Of a DNA stretch of 64,000 bases, positions 63,080 through 64,000 are shown piece after piece. The number at the start of each line of letters is the position of its first letter. Position 1 is the first letter of the stretch. This DNA comes from Dimargaris cristalligena (lineage: Eukaryota), in the NCBI GenBank assembly GCA_003614675.1, contig ML002231.1, positions 1 through 64,000 on the forward strand. The letters are read 5' to 3'. Below the pieces are notes generated by a model. The model did no database searches, had not been told where the DNA came from, and saw only the letters and a program-made list of their open reading frames with translations. Made by a program: the position numbers and the translations under genes.

Positions 63080-63645
63080 ATGACTCCTCTTTCAACCAAA
63101 ATTCTTAACGGCGTTCACTACTCAATTGTCACTGGCCTCGTCGGCTTATCGAGTAAGTAGGCCCAATTGCTCTTAAGCAGTTGGGTATATGCGACGATGA
63201 ACACGGTTTAAAATACACTATAGCATATATATAGACCAAGCTGGCCCTTTTTATTCCATCGCAGCCACATTGGTTAAGGTACCAAATGGCTCTACACTTT
63301 GACGTACCCTGGGAACTTTTGTTTAATCATATTGGCCCCATTCCACTTTGTATTATTCACTGAGACTAGTTTGGGGCACCTATTTTGGCGTGACCAACTT
63401 CCGGCGTATCGTCAACGAGGCCAAGGAGCACGAACGGGTAAGTGGTTAGTAGTAATACCAGACATATCTTGGACCATGATTCTATTTTTATGACTATTAT
63501 CTTCGAAATATCATGCTGACCGTTGCTTTTAATTTGCATATTGTGTACCCTTTGATTCGAAAAGAAAATGATTGAGCAGCGTAAAGAAACTCAAAATCGT
63601 GACACGACGCTGATCCCCGAGAAGGTCCAGCCTAAAAATGTTTGA
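63080..63645 (+). CDS. Small (~70-75 aa) single-TM protein resembling cytochrome c oxidase assembly factor Cox14; exons 63080-63152, 63370-63437, ~63565-63645
   Basis: Spliced MTPLSTKILNGVHYSIVTGLVGLSIWGTYFGVTNFRRIVNEAKEHER|KMIEQRK...V*, with two GTAAGT donors. The ...VH...V.GLVG.. pattern resembles fungal Cox14. It is absent from the ORF track. Confidence 0.6.
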
Positions 63646-64000
63646 AGACATCATTCCTATCTCTCAGTTTGAGGTTTATGGGCGTATATCAGTATCCTAT
63701 TGGCTTTATAATGCCGAGGAAAATAAATAGATAGTTTCAGTGTATACATCGTACTTCAGTAAAACATAATTGATGGATGGGCTTATAGTTTACTAAAGAA
63801 AATTTGTTATCTAATGGGGCTGCGCGAAGCATCGAGTTTGGCTGATAGAGGGTGGCCAGGCAATTCTAGGGAACCATATAACATATATATCCGTAGGGCT
63901 AAAAAAATATTGAAGACTCGTCTGATTATAATGTTAAGTTAGACCAAGCCGGTCCGATTTCGGTTGTTTGTATAACGTCGAGGTTCGCGAGTCTTTAATC

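Overview
Gene-dense eukaryotic (fungal) nuclear DNA. It has GT-AG introns mostly of about 150-330 nt, GC3-rich exons that cast long antisense shadow ORFs, and (TA)n tracts. The overall style suggests an early-diverging fungus such as Zoopagomycota/Kickxellomycotina; this is inference only. About 17 apparently intact genes can be modelled by hand: eIF3d (cut by the left edge), PAB1, an F-box + degenerate Sec7 (FBXO8-like) protein, metacaspase, a GH16 Crh-like enzyme, a ~4,137-aa Tom1/HUWE1 HECT ligase, a secreted repeat + DPBB (expansin/loosenin-like) protein, GIR2/RWDD1, Sec61-beta, DPM2, LCL3 nuclease, ENV7/STK16 kinase, transaldolase, a polyQ bHLH-ZIP factor, PER1, CSN3 and a small COX14-like gene. 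No rRNA, tRNA or CRISPR array was seen. The most interesting signals are: (i) the F-box/half-Sec7 protein lacks the catalytic glutamate; (ii) two diverged copies of a ~140-bp TIR-bounded MITE-like element lie 46 kb apart; (iii) several intergenic coding relics carry in-frame stops that fit C-to-T changes, which together with the MITE substitution pattern hints at RIP-like or methylation-driven mutation; (iv) two GC-AG introns and very short first coding exons. All exon models and counts were made by eye, without database searches.
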